Below, one piece after another: positions 29,504-40,085 of a stretch of 64,000 bases of DNA. Origin of the DNA: Anaerolineae bacterium (lineage in GTDB: Bacteria; Chloroflexota; Anaerolineae; Aggregatilineales; Phototrophicaceae); the NCBI GenBank assembly GCA_017303635.1, contig JAFLCG010000002.1, positions 156,918-220,917 on the forward strand, given 5' to 3'. The translations under genes were made by a program, and so were the position numbers. The notes under the pieces were generated by a model that was given only the letters and a program-made list of their open reading frames with translations, was not told where the DNA came from and ran no database searches. The number at the start of each line of letters is the position of its first letter. Position 1 is the stretch's first letter.

Positions 29504-32230
29504 ATGGCAACCACCCCTTCCACCCCCGTCACCGCAGAGCGTGTGGCGAGCGAATTCCAACAGCTTGACGCCATCTTCGCCCCCAAAAATGTCGCCGTCA
29601 TCGGCGCCACCGAGAACCTGGGCAGCGTCGGGCGCACCATCATGTACAACCTCATCAGCAACCCCTTCGGCGGGGCTGTGTTCCCGGTGAATCCCAAGCG
29701 CCCTGCCGTACTGGGCGTCAAGGCTTATCCGACCATTCAGGATGTCCCCGACCCGGTCGATTTAGCTGTCATCGTCACCCCGGCCAAATCTGTCCCGCCG
29801 CTGGTCAAAGACTGCGTGGCGCTGGGCATTCGCGGCGCGATCATCATCTCGGCAGGCTTCAAAGAGACCGGGCCGGAAGGGGTAGCGCTGGAGCAGGAAA
29901 TCCTGGCGACGGCCAGGGGTAAGATGCGGATCGTCGGCCCCAACTGCCTGGGCGTGATGATGCCGCACTACGGCCTGAACGCCACCTTCGCCGGAGCCAT
30001 GGCAAACCCTGGCAGCGTTGGCTTCATCAGCCAGAGCGGGGCTTTAGCCACCTCCGTCCTCGACTGGAGCTTTAAGGAGCGCGTTGGCTTCAGCAGTTTC
30101 ATCTCGGTCGGCTCCATGCTGGATGTCAACTGGGGCGATCTCATCAGCTACCTGGGCGATGATCCCAAGACCAGCAGCATCATCGTCTATATGGAAACGG
30201 TCGGCGATGCCCGCTCGTTCCTCTCTGCCGCCCGCGAAGTCGCCCGCGATAAACCCATCATCGTCATCAAGGCGGGCCGTACCGAAGCCGCCGCCCATGC
30301 CGCGGCCTCTCACACCGGCTCACTGACCGGCAGCGACGAGGTGCTGGATGCCGCCTTCAAACGGGCTGGCGTGCTGCGGGTGGATAGCATTCAGGATGTC
30401 TTCTCGATGGTTGAGGTGCTGGCGAAGCAACCGCGTCCCCGTGGCAACCGCCTGACCATCCTGACCAACGCCGGTGGCCCTGGCGTGCTGGCGACTGATG
30501 CGCTGATCGGCGGCGGTGGCGAACTGGCCGAGATCACCCCGGAGACGATTCAGAAGCTGAACGAGTTCCTCCCGGCTGCATGGAGCCACAGCAACCCGAT
30601 TGACGTGCTGGGCGATGCGGGACCAGATCGCTACGCCAAGTCGCTGGCGATTGCCGCTGATGATGCCAACAGCGACGGCCTGCTGGTCATCCTGACCCCG
30701 CAGGCGATGACTGCTGCCACTGAAACCGCCGAACTGCTCAAGCCCTATGCCCAGATCGAAGGCAAGCCGGTCATTGCCAGTTGGATGGGCGGCGAAGTGG
30801 TTAGCGAGGGCGAACACGTCCTCAATCAGGTGGATATCCCCACCTTCCAGTACCCAGATGCCGCTGCCCGCATGTTCAACTACATGTGGCAGTACGCCGA
30901 TAACCTGCGCGCCATCTACGAAACACCGAGCCTGCCGCCGGAAACGACGGCTGATGTCCGCGCCGCCGAGCAGATTATTCAGCAGGTGCGGGCCAGCGGA
31001 CGTACCATCCTGACCGAGACCGAATCCAAGCAGGTGCTGGCGGCGTACGGCATCCCGACCATCCCGACCTTCGTTGCCACCAGCGAGGACGCCGCCGCCC
31101 AATCGGCTAACTCTGTCGGGTATCCGGTGGTCATCAAGCTGCACTCGGAGACCATCACCCACAAGACCGATGTCGGCGGGGTCAAGCTCAACTTGCAAAC
31201 CGAGGAAGCGGTGCGGGATGCCTACCGCGCCATTCAAGCCTCGGTCACCGAGAAGTACTCGGCGGCAGATTTCCTGGGCGTCTCCGTCCAGCCGATGATT
31301 AAGCAGGATGGCTACGAGATCATCCTCGGTGCCAGCCCGGACCCGCAGTTCGGGCCGGTGCTGCTGTTCGGCATGGGCGGCATCCTGGTCGAGGTGTTCA
31401 AGGATCGGGCGTTGGGTCTGCCCCCGCTGAATACCACGCTCGCCCGCCGCATGATGGAACAGACCAAGATCTACACGGCGCTGAAGGGTATTCGCGGGCG
31501 CAAATCCGTCGATATGCCCGCGCTGGAGCAACTCATGGTGCGCTTCAGCCAGTTGGTCGCCGAGCAGAAGTGGATCAAGGAAATCGACATCAATCCGCTG
31601 CTGTGTTCCGCCGAGCGCATTCTGGCCCTGGATGCCCGCGTGCTGCTCTACGACCAGGATGTGACTGAAGATCAACTGCCGCGTCTGGCGATCCGCCCGT
31701 ACCCGACCCAGTACGTCAAACCCTGGACGATGAAGAACGGCGCGGACGTCACCATCCGCCCGATCCGCCCGGAAGACGAGCCGCTGATGACTCCGTTCCA
31801 CGAGCGCCTCTCCGAGCGGACGGTGCAACTGCGCTACTTCTACCCCATGCGCCTCAGCCAGCGCATCGAGCATGAGCGCCTGTCACGCATCACCTTCATC
31901 GACTACGACCGGGAGATGGCGCTGGTGGCCGAGGCCCGCGACGAGCGCAGCGGTGACCCGCAGATCATCGCGGCGGCGCGGCTCATCAAGCTCTACGGCG
32001 GGGAGGATGCCGAGTTCACCGTCCTCGTCTCCGATGCGTATCAGGGGCAGGGCCTCGGTTCCGAGATGCTGCGCCAGTTGATCGACATCGGGCGCGCTGA
32101 GGGACTCAAGCACATCTACGGGGACATCCTCGGGGACAACCGCAGTATGCTCCGTGTGACGACCAGCATGGGCTTCCGCGAGATCGGGGAGCCGAAGGAA
32201 GGCGTCATGCGCGTGGGGTTGGATTTGTAG
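29504..32230 (+). CDS. Pat-like bifunctional protein: NDP-forming acyl-CoA synthetase domains + C-terminal GNAT acetyltransferase
   Basis: ATG at 29504 (MATTPSTP). CoA-binding [15 protein letters not shown], succinyl-CoA-synthetase-like and ATP-grasp regions, and a C-terminal GNAT ([14 protein letters not shown]). The upstream 150 codons of the track ORF overlap the divergent gene. Confidence 0.85.
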   Translation: MATTPSTPVTAERVASEFQQLDAIFAPKNVAVIGATENLGSVGRTIMYNLISNPFGGAVFPVNPKRPAVLGVKAYPTIQDVPDPVDLAVIVTPAKSVPPLVKDCVALGIRGAIIISAGFKETGPEGVALEQEILATARGKMRIVGPNCLGVMMPHYGLNATFAGAMANPGSVGFISQSGALATSVLDWSFKERVGFSSFISVGSMLDVNWGDLISYLGDDPKTSSIIVYMETVGDARSFLSAAREVARDKPIIVIKAGRTEAAAHAAASHTGSLTGSDEVLDAAFKRAGVLRVDSIQDVFSMVEVLAKQPRPRGNRLTILTNAGGPGVLATDALIGGGGELAEITPETIQKLNEFLPAAWSHSNPIDVLGDAGPDRYAKSLAIAADDANSDGLLVILTPQAMTAATETAELLKPYAQIEGKPVIASWMGGEVVSEGEHVLNQVDIPTFQYPDAAARMFNYMWQYADNLRAIYETPSLPPETTADVRAAEQIIQQVRASGRTILTETESKQVLAAYGIPTIPTFVATSEDAAAQSANSVGYPVVIKLHSETITHKTDVGGVKLNLQTEEAVRDAYRAIQASVTEKYSAADFLGVSVQPMIKQDGYEIILGASPDPQFGPVLLFGMGGILVEVFKDRALGLPPLNTTLARRMMEQTKIYTALKGIRGRKSVDMPALEQLMVRFSQLVAEQKWIKEIDINPLLCSAERILALDARVLLYDQDVTEDQLPRLAIRPYPTQYVKPWTMKNGADVTIRPIRPEDEPLMTPFHERLSERTVQLRYFYPMRLSQRIEHERLSRITFIDYDREMALVAEARDERSGDPQIIAAARLIKLYGGEDAEFTVLVSDAYQGQGLGSEMLRQLIDIGRAEGLKHIYGDILGDNRSMLRVTTSMGFREIGEPKEGVMRVGLDL

Positions 32231-32550
32231 GGGAAGCGATCAGCTTGCAGCCGGAGGTCAATGGGGCTTCCGGTTGCGAGGCCGATCCACTGGAACAGAC
32301 GACGCTGAGTAAGTATTACTAGCTGTGGTCGGAAAAATATGTGGCAGTAGTCTTCGGCTTCGGCGGCCTGTACAACCACTCCAGCGATGCCAACATCTAC
32401 TTCCACCGGGATTACCGGAACAAGCAGATGGTCTTCACGGCGACGGCTGACATCGCCGCTGGGGAAGCATGCTTCGTCAACTACTATCAGGGATCAGACG
32501 AGGAAGTGGACCCGGCTAACCTGGACTTCAACGCCTACGAGAAGGCTTGA
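32230..32550 (+). pseudogene. SET-domain gene remnant: 5'-truncated, with an in-frame TAG
   Basis: A single frame reads ...[57 protein letters not shown]...TATADIAAGEACFVNYY. NHS-x-x-x-N plus the GE..(F/Y).NY motif are SET hallmarks. The TAG is at 32320-32322 and the N-terminal part is missing. Confidence 0.55.
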
Positions 32551-32847
32551 GGCGGTGACTGGACATTTTTGACAGATTCGACACGTTGGACAGCGGTTCG
32601 GCGCTCGTGCTGGCAGCAATCGCACTGGGGGGGGTGTTGCAGCGGTTGCTGCTATTTCAGCCGGGCGGTTTTGTTGGCAGTCTCTAAAGGGATTTCCTTC
32701 GGTCATGGCGGCTATGGCGGCTGTGGCAGACCCCCTCCGCCGCCACAAGCTTGTTGTCGTTGATGTCGTTGTCGGCTATTCCTTTTAGGGCCAAGGTGAC
32801 AAGCTCAGATCGTCTCACAGGATCACGATACCACAGATCGGGGCGGG

Positions 32848-32871
32848 AAATTGGAACATATGTTCCAATTT
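32848..32871. promoter_or_regulatory. 24-bp perfect palindrome with a GAAC-N4-GTTC (Cheo/SOS-box-like) core
   Basis: AAATTGGAACATATGTTCCAATTT. A near-identical copy lies at 63476-63501. Confidence 0.35.
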
Positions 32872-32894
32872 TGGGGCGAGTTTTGGTAGCGGCA

Positions 32895-32995
32895 GGGGCA
32901 AAGACAGACGCCTCACCCCCGCCCCTCTCCCGCGCGACCCTTAGCGGTTGGGCAGTTGAGATTATCCGGGGCCGGGTCGCTGGAGAGGGGAATCA
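32895..32995 (-). repeat. MITE-like inverted-repeat element (CCCCTCTCCAGCGAcCCG ... GGGTCGCGcGGGAGAGGGG..GGGGGTGAGGCGTCTGT)
   Basis: The reverse complement aligns with the copies at 59525-59615 and 62355-62439, including the GAGGCGTCTGT tail. Confidence 0.7.
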
Positions 32996-33240
32996 GGCGA
33001 GCAACAACAGCTTTTTGGCAATTTCGACGGCGACAGGTGTTACAACAGCAAGGTTCTTAGCTACTTCAATCAGACTCTTGCCTTTGATTTCCAAACTCCA
33101 TCGATTTGGTTCTTCTTTTGCAGCCGCCTCGATGGCTCCCTCAGCATATTCCTGAATAATAGAAGGATCGTTTATTCACAGTGCAAAAAGGTATAATCAC
33201 AGTATATAAATGAATTAGAAGATAGTGCTCCAAAAGAGAT

Positions 33241-35553
33241 ATGCGAATTCTAGCTGATTTCCACATACGCCCACTCCGTATGGCATACATTGTCAATCGC
33301 TCTATCAATCATAGCGATCTGAACTTGATATATAAATATAATACAGAGCATTGGGGAGGTCTTTATAATCTGTTTGTCCCCACAGATGGGGATTCAATAC
33401 GCAATGATTGGCTACATCTGCTTACCTTACACGATCCTGATGTTCTGTTCCTCGTGGGAGAGATTGATAGTGATCTCGTAGACTCACTTTATCTTTTGCT
33501 TCAGCCTTTAGGTATCTTCAATTGGGATGCAGTACTTTCTAATGTTATAGCTGGAAAACCAACAACTGTAGATGGGCTACAAGTTAATGCGATTCTTGAG
33601 AGTATTCTGGCGGAGAATGGTCGACAAAAGTTCGAACAATCTAATATGCGTTATCCTGAATCTTCTGGAGATTTCTCAAAATACTTGGAGATAATCTGTG
33701 GATCATGGCATTCGAATTCAAATTATCTGAAATTCTCTGAAGAATACTTGGGAGCGATCAAAACACCTTTACATCCCAGGACTTTGTCAGATTACCTGTC
33801 AAATCTGGACATGATACATGACCATGTTTTTCCACTTGATATTTCAGCACACCAACTAAAACCATCCTTTGGTCTTCCTTTTGCGCTATCGAATCATTCA
33901 GTTGTTGTGTCTAATGGGCTTATAGATGATTTGTTTCTATATCACGCGATGCGCTGGTCCGGCAGAAGCCGGAATCTCAAATGGTCAAAGATTATTGTCC
34001 CAATACAGTCGCTAGCATCAGATAATGACTATGATGTTTTGGCTAAATGGCTAGGTTCTTCGATTCGAGGAAATACATTTGATTTGGTAAGTCACAGCAT
34101 GGAAATGGATGTTCTCCAGGATATTCGAGAAAAATTACGTGTTTATCTGACTGAACGTTCATCATTAAGCGCGAGAAGTCATTGGCACATTCATATTCGT
34201 AGATGTAACGTGCATATTGCAGTTCCCACAGTTAGTCATCTAAAACGCACCCAACTTGTAGAAAAAAGAGAACAAGTATATTCCTTTGCAATTCCCAAAC
34301 TTAAGTTTGGTGGAGACGGCGGAGATCAGCGTTTTCAAAACAAGCAAATGATCTGTGAAGTAAATCTCTCACCTAAATTTGGAGATAAACGCGCCTATAC
34401 ACCTAGTATGTTTAGCCGTCTAAACTTCCTGCTTTCAGGTTATCCAAGTCTTGAATGGTTCCAACACACCTTTGCTCATATCAGAATTGCTCGTGGACAA
34501 CTTGCTCTGCTTATCGATAAAAATATTGACATGAATAGCATTAGGATCCCAAATGATAAAGTGACAATCGAAACAGCTTGTGAGGATGCTGGTTTTGAGG
34601 TTAAGGCGGATCAGAGGAACTACTACAAGGGGATAATGAGCCTATTAGGTAGCATAGAAAAAGCAAATTTTCTACATAACGCGAACATCCGCCAGATGTT
34701 TTTGGAGCGTAAATTCATAAAGGGAGAAGCCATTACTCATTCAGAGATAATTACTCCACTAAAGCGCAAGCAAGCTGACTCAGCGGATTTCGTTCAACTG
34801 GTTCAAGGATTGGCAGGAAACAAAATACTATTACGAGGTTATCAACTTAAGTGCCCAACCTGCGGTCTAGAATCATGGTACAACTTGGGTCACATGCGCG
34901 AACATATGCTCTGTGAGGGCTGTCAAACTCGATATCAATTGCCCTTGCAGGTTGACTTTGTATATAAGCTAAATCGTCTCTTTACAGATAAATATAATCA
35001 AGGTGTTGTAACTGTATTGCTCTCTCTCCTTCTTCTTAAGCAAACAAGCCGCGATGGGCTGATCTGGCAAGCAGATGTTAACCTAAAGAAAAATGACCAA
35101 GAAGTGGAGATAGATGTTATTGCCATGTGTGATGGGGCATTAATTCTGATCGAATGCAAAAATAGTTTCCTACCCTTTAACGACGGGAAGAATAAGGCTA
35201 ACTACGATATCAAACGCGACAAAGCTGTTAAAGACTTAGTCAATCAACTAGACCGACAAATTGCCATCGCACACAAGTTAGAAGCTCATCTGTTTTTGTT
35301 TGCAACTCTCGAGGATGATGTGCCAGATGAAGTCAAAGACTTCTTACATGAACAAGATTCCAAACATAATAAAATGCGAATCCGGCTAGTTGCTAAATCT
35401 GAGCTAATTGAGGGCAAGTTCAAAATAGATGGTGGAGAGAATAATTTTATATCAATATATGAAATCATTGGCAAAGATGTATTTGTAGAAGCCCATATAG
35501 CAGATGATTGTACCGATATCGAATTTCCTAAAGATGGAATAATTTTCTTTTAA
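33241..35553 (+). CDS. Hypothetical 770-aa protein: large unassigned N-terminal region + C4 zinc ribbon + PD-(D/E)xK / NERD-like nuclease domain
   Basis: A single long ORF in a strongly AT-rich segment. CPTC-x16-CEGC at aa 538-561. EVEIDVIAMCDGALILIECKNS at aa 621-642 gives D625-x12-E638-x-K640. No P-loop or helicase motifs seen. Confidence 0.75.
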   Translation: MRILADFHIRPLRMAYIVNRSINHSDLNLIYKYNTEHWGGLYNLFVPTDGDSIRNDWLHLLTLHDPDVLFLVGEIDSDLVDSLYLLLQPLGIFNWDAVLSNVIAGKPTTVDGLQVNAILESILAENGRQKFEQSNMRYPESSGDFSKYLEIICGSWHSNSNYLKFSEEYLGAIKTPLHPRTLSDYLSNLDMIHDHVFPLDISAHQLKPSFGLPFALSNHSVVVSNGLIDDLFLYHAMRWSGRSRNLKWSKIIVPIQSLASDNDYDVLAKWLGSSIRGNTFDLVSHSMEMDVLQDIREKLRVYLTERSSLSARSHWHIHIRRCNVHIAVPTVSHLKRTQLVEKREQVYSFAIPKLKFGGDGGDQRFQNKQMICEVNLSPKFGDKRAYTPSMFSRLNFLLSGYPSLEWFQHTFAHIRIARGQLALLIDKNIDMNSIRIPNDKVTIETACEDAGFEVKADQRNYYKGIMSLLGSIEKANFLHNANIRQMFLERKFIKGEAITHSEIITPLKRKQADSADFVQLVQGLAGNKILLRGYQLKCPTCGLESWYNLGHMREHMLCEGCQTRYQLPLQVDFVYKLNRLFTDKYNQGVVTVLLSLLLLKQTSRDGLIWQADVNLKKNDQEVEIDVIAMCDGALILIECKNSFLPFNDGKNKANYDIKRDKAVKDLVNQLDRQIAIAHKLEAHLFLFATLEDDVPDEVKDFLHEQDSKHNKMRIRLVAKSELIEGKFKIDGGENNFISIYEIIGKDVFVEAHIADDCTDIEFPKDGIIFF

Positions 35554-35572
35554 AGTGACGTATTAACAGAAA

Positions 35573-35599
35573 CAGCCACCCCATCAAATAGGGTGGCTG
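35573..35599. terminator. Bidirectional rho-independent terminator (island gene / clpC)
   Basis: cagccaccc-catcaaata-gggtggctg, flanked by a T-run on the plus strand (ttgtgttg) and an A-run upstream (reads tttctgtt on the minus strand). Confidence 0.7.
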
Positions 35600-35721
35600 T
35601 TGTGTTGCTACGTCGGGAGGACATACGCGCTGACGCGCTAGTCCTCCTCTACGAGTGTATACAATGGGTTGCGGGCGGACATGCGGACTCAGAAGGCCTT
35701 AGTCCGCCCCTACGGGAAAAT

Positions 35722-38232
35722 CTACGATACGCCGGCTTCGAACTCTTCTTCAACGGGTTCGAGCAGCAGTTCGCCGTCTTCACCGACGTTGATGCGGACG
35801 ACACTGCCGAGACGGAAGCGCCCGGCCAGAATGCCATCCGAGAGGGCGTCCTCGACCTCGTTGGTGATGAGGCGGCGCAGCGGGCGTGCCCCAAATTCGG
35901 GGTCGTAACCGCGGGTCGCCATCCAGTCGCGGGCTTCCTCGGTCAGGTCGATGGTGATGGCCTGTTCGATCAGGCGCTCACCGACCTTCCGCATCTCCAG
36001 ATCGACGATCTGCTTGATCTCGTCGCGGGTCAGCGGGCGGAAGATGATGGTGGCATCAACACGGTTGAGGAATTCCGGTCGGAAGGTACGGCGGAGTTCT
36101 TCCAGCACGTTCTTCTTGACTTCCTCGTAGGCCAGCATTTCTTCGCGTTCTTCATCGGTGGGCATGTCGAAGCCCAGGTAGGCCTGCCGCTTGAGGTTGG
36201 CCGCGCCGACATTGCTGGTCATGATGATGATGGCGTTGCGGAAGTTGACCAACCGGCCACGCGCATCGGTGAGCTGACCTTCTTCCATGATTTGAAGCAT
36301 GAGGTTGAAGGTATCCGGGTGCGCCTTTTCGATTTCGTCAAAGACGACGATGCTGTACGGGCGGCGGCGGATGGCCTCGGTCAGTTGACCGGCGTCCTCA
36401 TAACCGACGTAACCGGGCGGCGCACCAACCAGACGGGCGCTGGAATGGCGTTCCTGGAATTCGCTCATGTCGATCTGGATGAGGGCTTCTTCGCTGCCAA
36501 AGAGGAACTCTGCCAGCGCCTTGGTCAGTTCACTCTTACCGACACCCGTCGGGCCGAGGAACATGAACGAGCCGATGGGACGGCGCGGGTCTTTCAACCC
36601 GGCGCGGCTGCGGCGGACGGCCTTGCTGATGGCTTCGATGGCCTCGTGCTGCCCGATGATGCGGTTGTGCAGCGCGGATTCCATGTGGACCAGCTTTTCG
36701 CTCTCTTCGCCAGTCATGCGAACCGTGGGGATACCCGTCCACATGGAGATGACCTCGGCCACATCTTCCCCCATCAGGCGGGGCTGGTTGGTCTCCGAGT
36801 TCCAGTTGGCCTTCATGTCACCCAGCATATCGCGCAGGTTATCGCGGTGCATCCGCAACTGGGCGATCTCGGCAGCCTCGCCGCCTTCGGTCTCCATCAG
36901 TTGCAGGTCATCCTCGACACTGCTGAGTTCCTGCTCGGCCTTGCGGACCTGAGCGGCCTCCGGGGACTTGTACATGCGGAGGCGGGCTGCGCCTTCGTCA
37001 ATCAGGTCGATGGCCTTATCCGGCAGAAAGCGATCCGGCACGTAGCGGGCGGAAAGATTGGCCGCCGACTCGATGGCTTCGTCAGTGATTTCGACGTTGT
37101 GGTGTTCCTGATAAGGGATTTTGATCCCTTGCAGGATTTCGATGGTTTCTTCGATGGTGGGTTCATCCACCAGCACCTGCTGGAAGCGGCGTTCCAGGGC
37201 GGCATCACTTTCGATATGCTTGCGGTACTCGTCCAGCGTGGTCGCGCCGATGCACTGGAGTTCACCACGGGAAAGCGCCGGTTTCAGAATGTTGGCAGCA
37301 TCGACACTGCTCCCCGCAGAACCGGCACCGACCAGCATGTGGACTTCGTCAATGAAGAGGATGCAGTTGGAGGACTTGAGTTCCTCGATGACGCGCTTGA
37401 GGCGTTCTTCAAACTGACCGCGATACATGGTACCGGCGACCAGTGAGCCGACATCCAGTTGGTAGACGCGCTTTTCCAGCAGTGGACGCGGGACTTCCCG
37501 CATGACGATGCGCTGGGCCAGCCCTTCGACGATGGCGGTCTTGCCGACACCGGGTTCACCGATCAGCGCCGGGTTGTTCTTACGGCGGCGGCTGAGCACC
37601 TGGATCACGCGCTCGATTTCCGTCTCACGCCCAACCACCGGATCGAGCTTGCCTTCTTCAGCCAGCGCGGTCAGGTCGGTTGCCAGTTGATCGAGCAGCG
37701 GGGTCTTGTTTTCGCCGGACTTGGTGGTCTTGGTACCTGCCTTGGCGGCTTCCTTCCGTTCGGGTTCCTGCTGCACCGGGCTTTCCTGCAGGACGCGGCG
37801 GGTCTGGCGGCGGACTTCTTCCGGGCTGATCGCCAGCTTCTTCAGCACATCAATCGCCACGCCTTCCGACTGGCGCACCAGACCGAGCAGCAGATGCTCG
37901 GTGCCGATGTAGTGATGGCCCATCCGACGGGCTTCATCAACCGCCAATTCCAACACGCGCTTGGTCCCGGCGGAGAGGTCAATCTGACCGCCGCTGCTGG
38001 AACGCGACGTGGCGCGGGTGAGTTCCTCTACGAGGCGCTCCACCTTCGGCAGCTCCAACCCCAGATCACGCAACACCCGGCCTGCAACGCCGCCATCTTC
38101 GCGCATGAGGCCGAGGAGGAGGTGTTCCGTGCCAATATAATTGTGCTTTAAACGTTCGGCTTCTTCCGACGCCAGGCTGAGCACACGCCGGGCGCGCTGC
38201 GTAAAACGCTCCATCTTATTGTTATTCGCCAC
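35722..38232 (-). CDS. clpC: ATP-dependent Clp protease ATP-binding subunit ClpC
   Basis: Two Clp_N repeats ([33 protein letters not shown]), AAA+ D1 GEPGVGKT, a UVR-like linker, AAA+ D2 GPTGVGKS and the sensor GARPLRR. Confidence 0.92.
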   Translation of the reverse strand: MANNNKMERFTQRARRVLSLASEEAERLKHNYIGTEHLLLGLMREDGGVAGRVLRDLGLELPKVERLVEELTRATSRSSSGGQIDLSAGTKRVLELAVDEARRMGHHYIGTEHLLLGLVRQSEGVAIDVLKKLAISPEEVRRQTRRVLQESPVQQEPERKEAAKAGTKTTKSGENKTPLLDQLATDLTALAEEGKLDPVVGRETEIERVIQVLSRRRKNNPALIGEPGVGKTAIVEGLAQRIVMREVPRPLLEKRVYQLDVGSLVAGTMYRGQFEERLKRVIEELKSSNCILFIDEVHMLVGAGSAGSSVDAANILKPALSRGELQCIGATTLDEYRKHIESDAALERRFQQVLVDEPTIEETIEILQGIKIPYQEHHNVEITDEAIESAANLSARYVPDRFLPDKAIDLIDEGAARLRMYKSPEAAQVRKAEQELSSVEDDLQLMETEGGEAAEIAQLRMHRDNLRDMLGDMKANWNSETNQPRLMGEDVAEVISMWTGIPTVRMTGEESEKLVHMESALHNRIIGQHEAIEAISKAVRRSRAGLKDPRRPIGSFMFLGPTGVGKSELTKALAEFLFGSEEALIQIDMSEFQERHSSARLVGAPPGYVGYEDAGQLTEAIRRRPYSIVVFDEIEKAHPDTFNLMLQIMEEGQLTDARGRLVNFRNAIIIMTSNVGAANLKRQAYLGFDMPTDEEREEMLAYEEVKKNVLEELRRTFRPEFLNRVDATIIFRPLTRDEIKQIVDLEMRKVGERLIEQAITIDLTEEARDWMATRGYDPEFGARPLRRLITNEVEDALSDGILAGRFRLGSVVRINVGEDGELLLEPVEEEFEAGVS

Positions 38233-38557
38233 GGTTACAACCTCCGTAACCCATCAGGCAACTGCACATGCAGCCACCTCATTCTTGATACATCAGCACT
38301 GAAACCTTAAGACCGCCTTAAAGAAGATTAGTTCATTCCATTATAGCGCCTGTTGCGCGGCTGTCATTACGCTTTGTGTACAGACTTCTTGCCATCGTAC
38401 ACCCGGCAGGGCGCTGCAACATGAGGAAATGGAGAGGAATCCGGTTGTTCGATGCAGGGTAGTATACGGTGTCTTACGTCAGGAGCGACTAGACTTTCGG
38501 GGAGGGGATGGGTGGAAAGTAGAGGGTGCACCTCACTTCAAAGTATAAGTACAACAA

Positions 38558-39361
38558 TCACAATAAGTGCTGATTGAAGTGGGCTAATACTCGCTCTGCG
38601 TAGGCATCGGGTGCCGTCATAAAGGCGAAGTTATGCCGGGCAGCAGGGACTTGCCATAGCGTGCTGGGGCTGTGACTCGCGGCATGCAGGCGCTGACCCA
38701 TCGCTACCGGGGCAACTGCATCGCTCTCCCCGTAGATCAGCAAGATATGCTGTGTAACCGCTTCTCGAATGCGATCAATCGGTTTGACCCGGCGGGCAAA
38801 GTTGGGCATGAAAACCGAGAGTGTCTGCAAAATGGTGTATGGTACCCGATACCGATACCAATATTCGGCCAGCGTGGTAAACGCGCCTTCTGCAACCACC
38901 GCTTTGAAATTGTGTCCCGGCAGGGCGACCGCACATAAACTCCAGGCCGCACCGAACGATAAACCCAACAGACCAACCGATGGATCATGGGTCAGTTGGG
39001 TCGCATAGCGCCCGGCTGCTGCGACATCGAGCGGGTAATCCAAATTACCATCGGCGCTTTCCCCAAAGCCGTTGAAATCAAAGAGCAGGACATCGTAACC
39101 GTTCTTCAACAAGAGTTCGGCGTGACCGTAGCGCAGGAAGAAGCCTTTGGCATCCTTGCCCATCGGATGGGCGCAGACAATCGTGCCGCGCCGTTCCGCT
39201 GCGGTGGTTCGCCTGAAGAGTCCCTGTAAGGTTGCACCCGTCTCGCTGGGAAAGGTGACGGCTTCCCATGCAGGAGAACACTCAATGCCATCGGGCCATT
39301 GCCATGTGACCTGATACTTCCCGAAAAAGGGCTTCTTCAGTAGCGGGTATATGCCTGACAT
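38558..39361 (-). CDS. Alpha/beta hydrolase
   Basis: Nucleophile elbow GLSFGAA and FDFNGFGES. Divergent from the TetR gene. Confidence 0.75.
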   Translation of the reverse strand: MSGIYPLLKKPFFGKYQVTWQWPDGIECSPAWEAVTFPSETGATLQGLFRRTTAAERRGTIVCAHPMGKDAKGFFLRYGHAELLLKNGYDVLLFDFNGFGESADGNLDYPLDVAAAGRYATQLTHDPSVGLLGLSFGAAWSLCAVALPGHNFKAVVAEGAFTTLAEYWYRYRVPYTILQTLSVFMPNFARRVKPIDRIREAVTQHILLIYGESDAVAPVAMGQRLHAASHSPSTLWQVPAARHNFAFMTAPDAYAERVLAHFNQHLL

Positions 39362-39380
39362 AGTGATCTCCTGATTTAAT

Positions 39381-39397
39381 CTAGAATATCATTCTAG
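39381..39397. promoter_or_regulatory. Candidate TetR operator (7-3-7 palindrome)
   Basis: CTAGAAT-ATC-ATTCTAG in the 140-bp divergent intergenic region. Confidence 0.5.
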
Positions 39398-39503
39398 AAT
39401 ACCGTTCTACTTTATACCAGATGGCAGTTTTCTACTTTCTGCTACAGTTAATCTATGAAAGGAACCAGGCAGGATTAAATAGCCGTTTTTGGATATCGTG
39501 ACC

Positions 39504-40076
39504 ATGCAACAGCGCAAACAACAAATACTCGATGCGGCCTTGCGGAGTTTTGCTGAACTGGGTTATGAAGGCACAACCATCAGCGATATTCAACGCGCAT
39601 CGGGTGCCAGCGTGGGGAGCATTTATCACCACTTTGAGGGTAAAGAGGCGATTGCCACCGCGCTCTATGTGGAGTTGCTACAACAATATCGGGCGGGGTT
39701 GCTATCAGCGGCTGAACAGGCGGACTCTGCCGAGGCCCTGATTAAATCGCTGGTGCGCTTCCATGTGACTCAAGCCATCCACAATGATATTGGGGCGCGG
39801 TATCTGGTCGTGATGCGGCATCATGAGATTATCAAGCAGGCATCCAGTAAGATTGATGAATTTAATGTGAGCTTATTCAAAGAGATATTTGCTTATATCA
39901 AAGGATATGTTAAGTCCGGCGACCTCCGACAATTGCCGCTGGAATTGTATTTCCCGGTAATCTTTGGCCCTGCACAAGAAGTCCTGCGGAGTTACTTCAT
40001 GGGCTACACACAGACTTCGCTGGAAGAGTTGATTGAAGAACTGGCTCAGGCTACTTACCGTGTGATGCAGCCCTGA
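39504..40076 (+). CDS. TetR/AcrR family transcriptional regulator
   Basis: HTH ILDAALRSFAELGYEGTTISDIQRASGASVGSIYHHFEGKEAI. The track ORF begins at TTG 39489. Confidence 0.85.
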   Translation: MQQRKQQILDAALRSFAELGYEGTTISDIQRASGASVGSIYHHFEGKEAIATALYVELLQQYRAGLLSAAEQADSAEALIKSLVRFHVTQAIHNDIGARYLVVMRHHEIIKQASSKIDEFNVSLFKEIFAYIKGYVKSGDLRQLPLELYFPVIFGPAQEVLRSYFMGYTQTSLEELIEELAQATYRVMQP

Positions 40077-40085
40077 TCTAGAGCC

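Noticed and set aside
32494-32748. Small Cys-rich minus-strand ORF (…NRCPTCRICQKCPV…), considered as a zinc-ribbon or RiPP-like peptide
   Set aside because: It has no RBS, overlaps the SET remnant antisense, has high-GC shadow-like composition and no adjacent maturation genes.
33003-33176. Minus-strand open frame ...IIQEYAEGAIEAAAKEEPNRWSLEIKGKSLIEVAKNLAVVTPVAVEIAKKLLLLA* divergent from the 770-aa gene
   Set aside because: A TGA lies immediately upstream and there is no ATG/GTG/TTG start in frame. It is probably a truncated gene remnant at the island border, so it was not called as a CDS.
38233-38557. Search for a CtsR-type operator (GGTCAAA direct repeat) or CIRCE element upstream of clpC
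   Set aside because: No such repeat is seen in the 325-nt upstream region, so no regulatory site could be supported.
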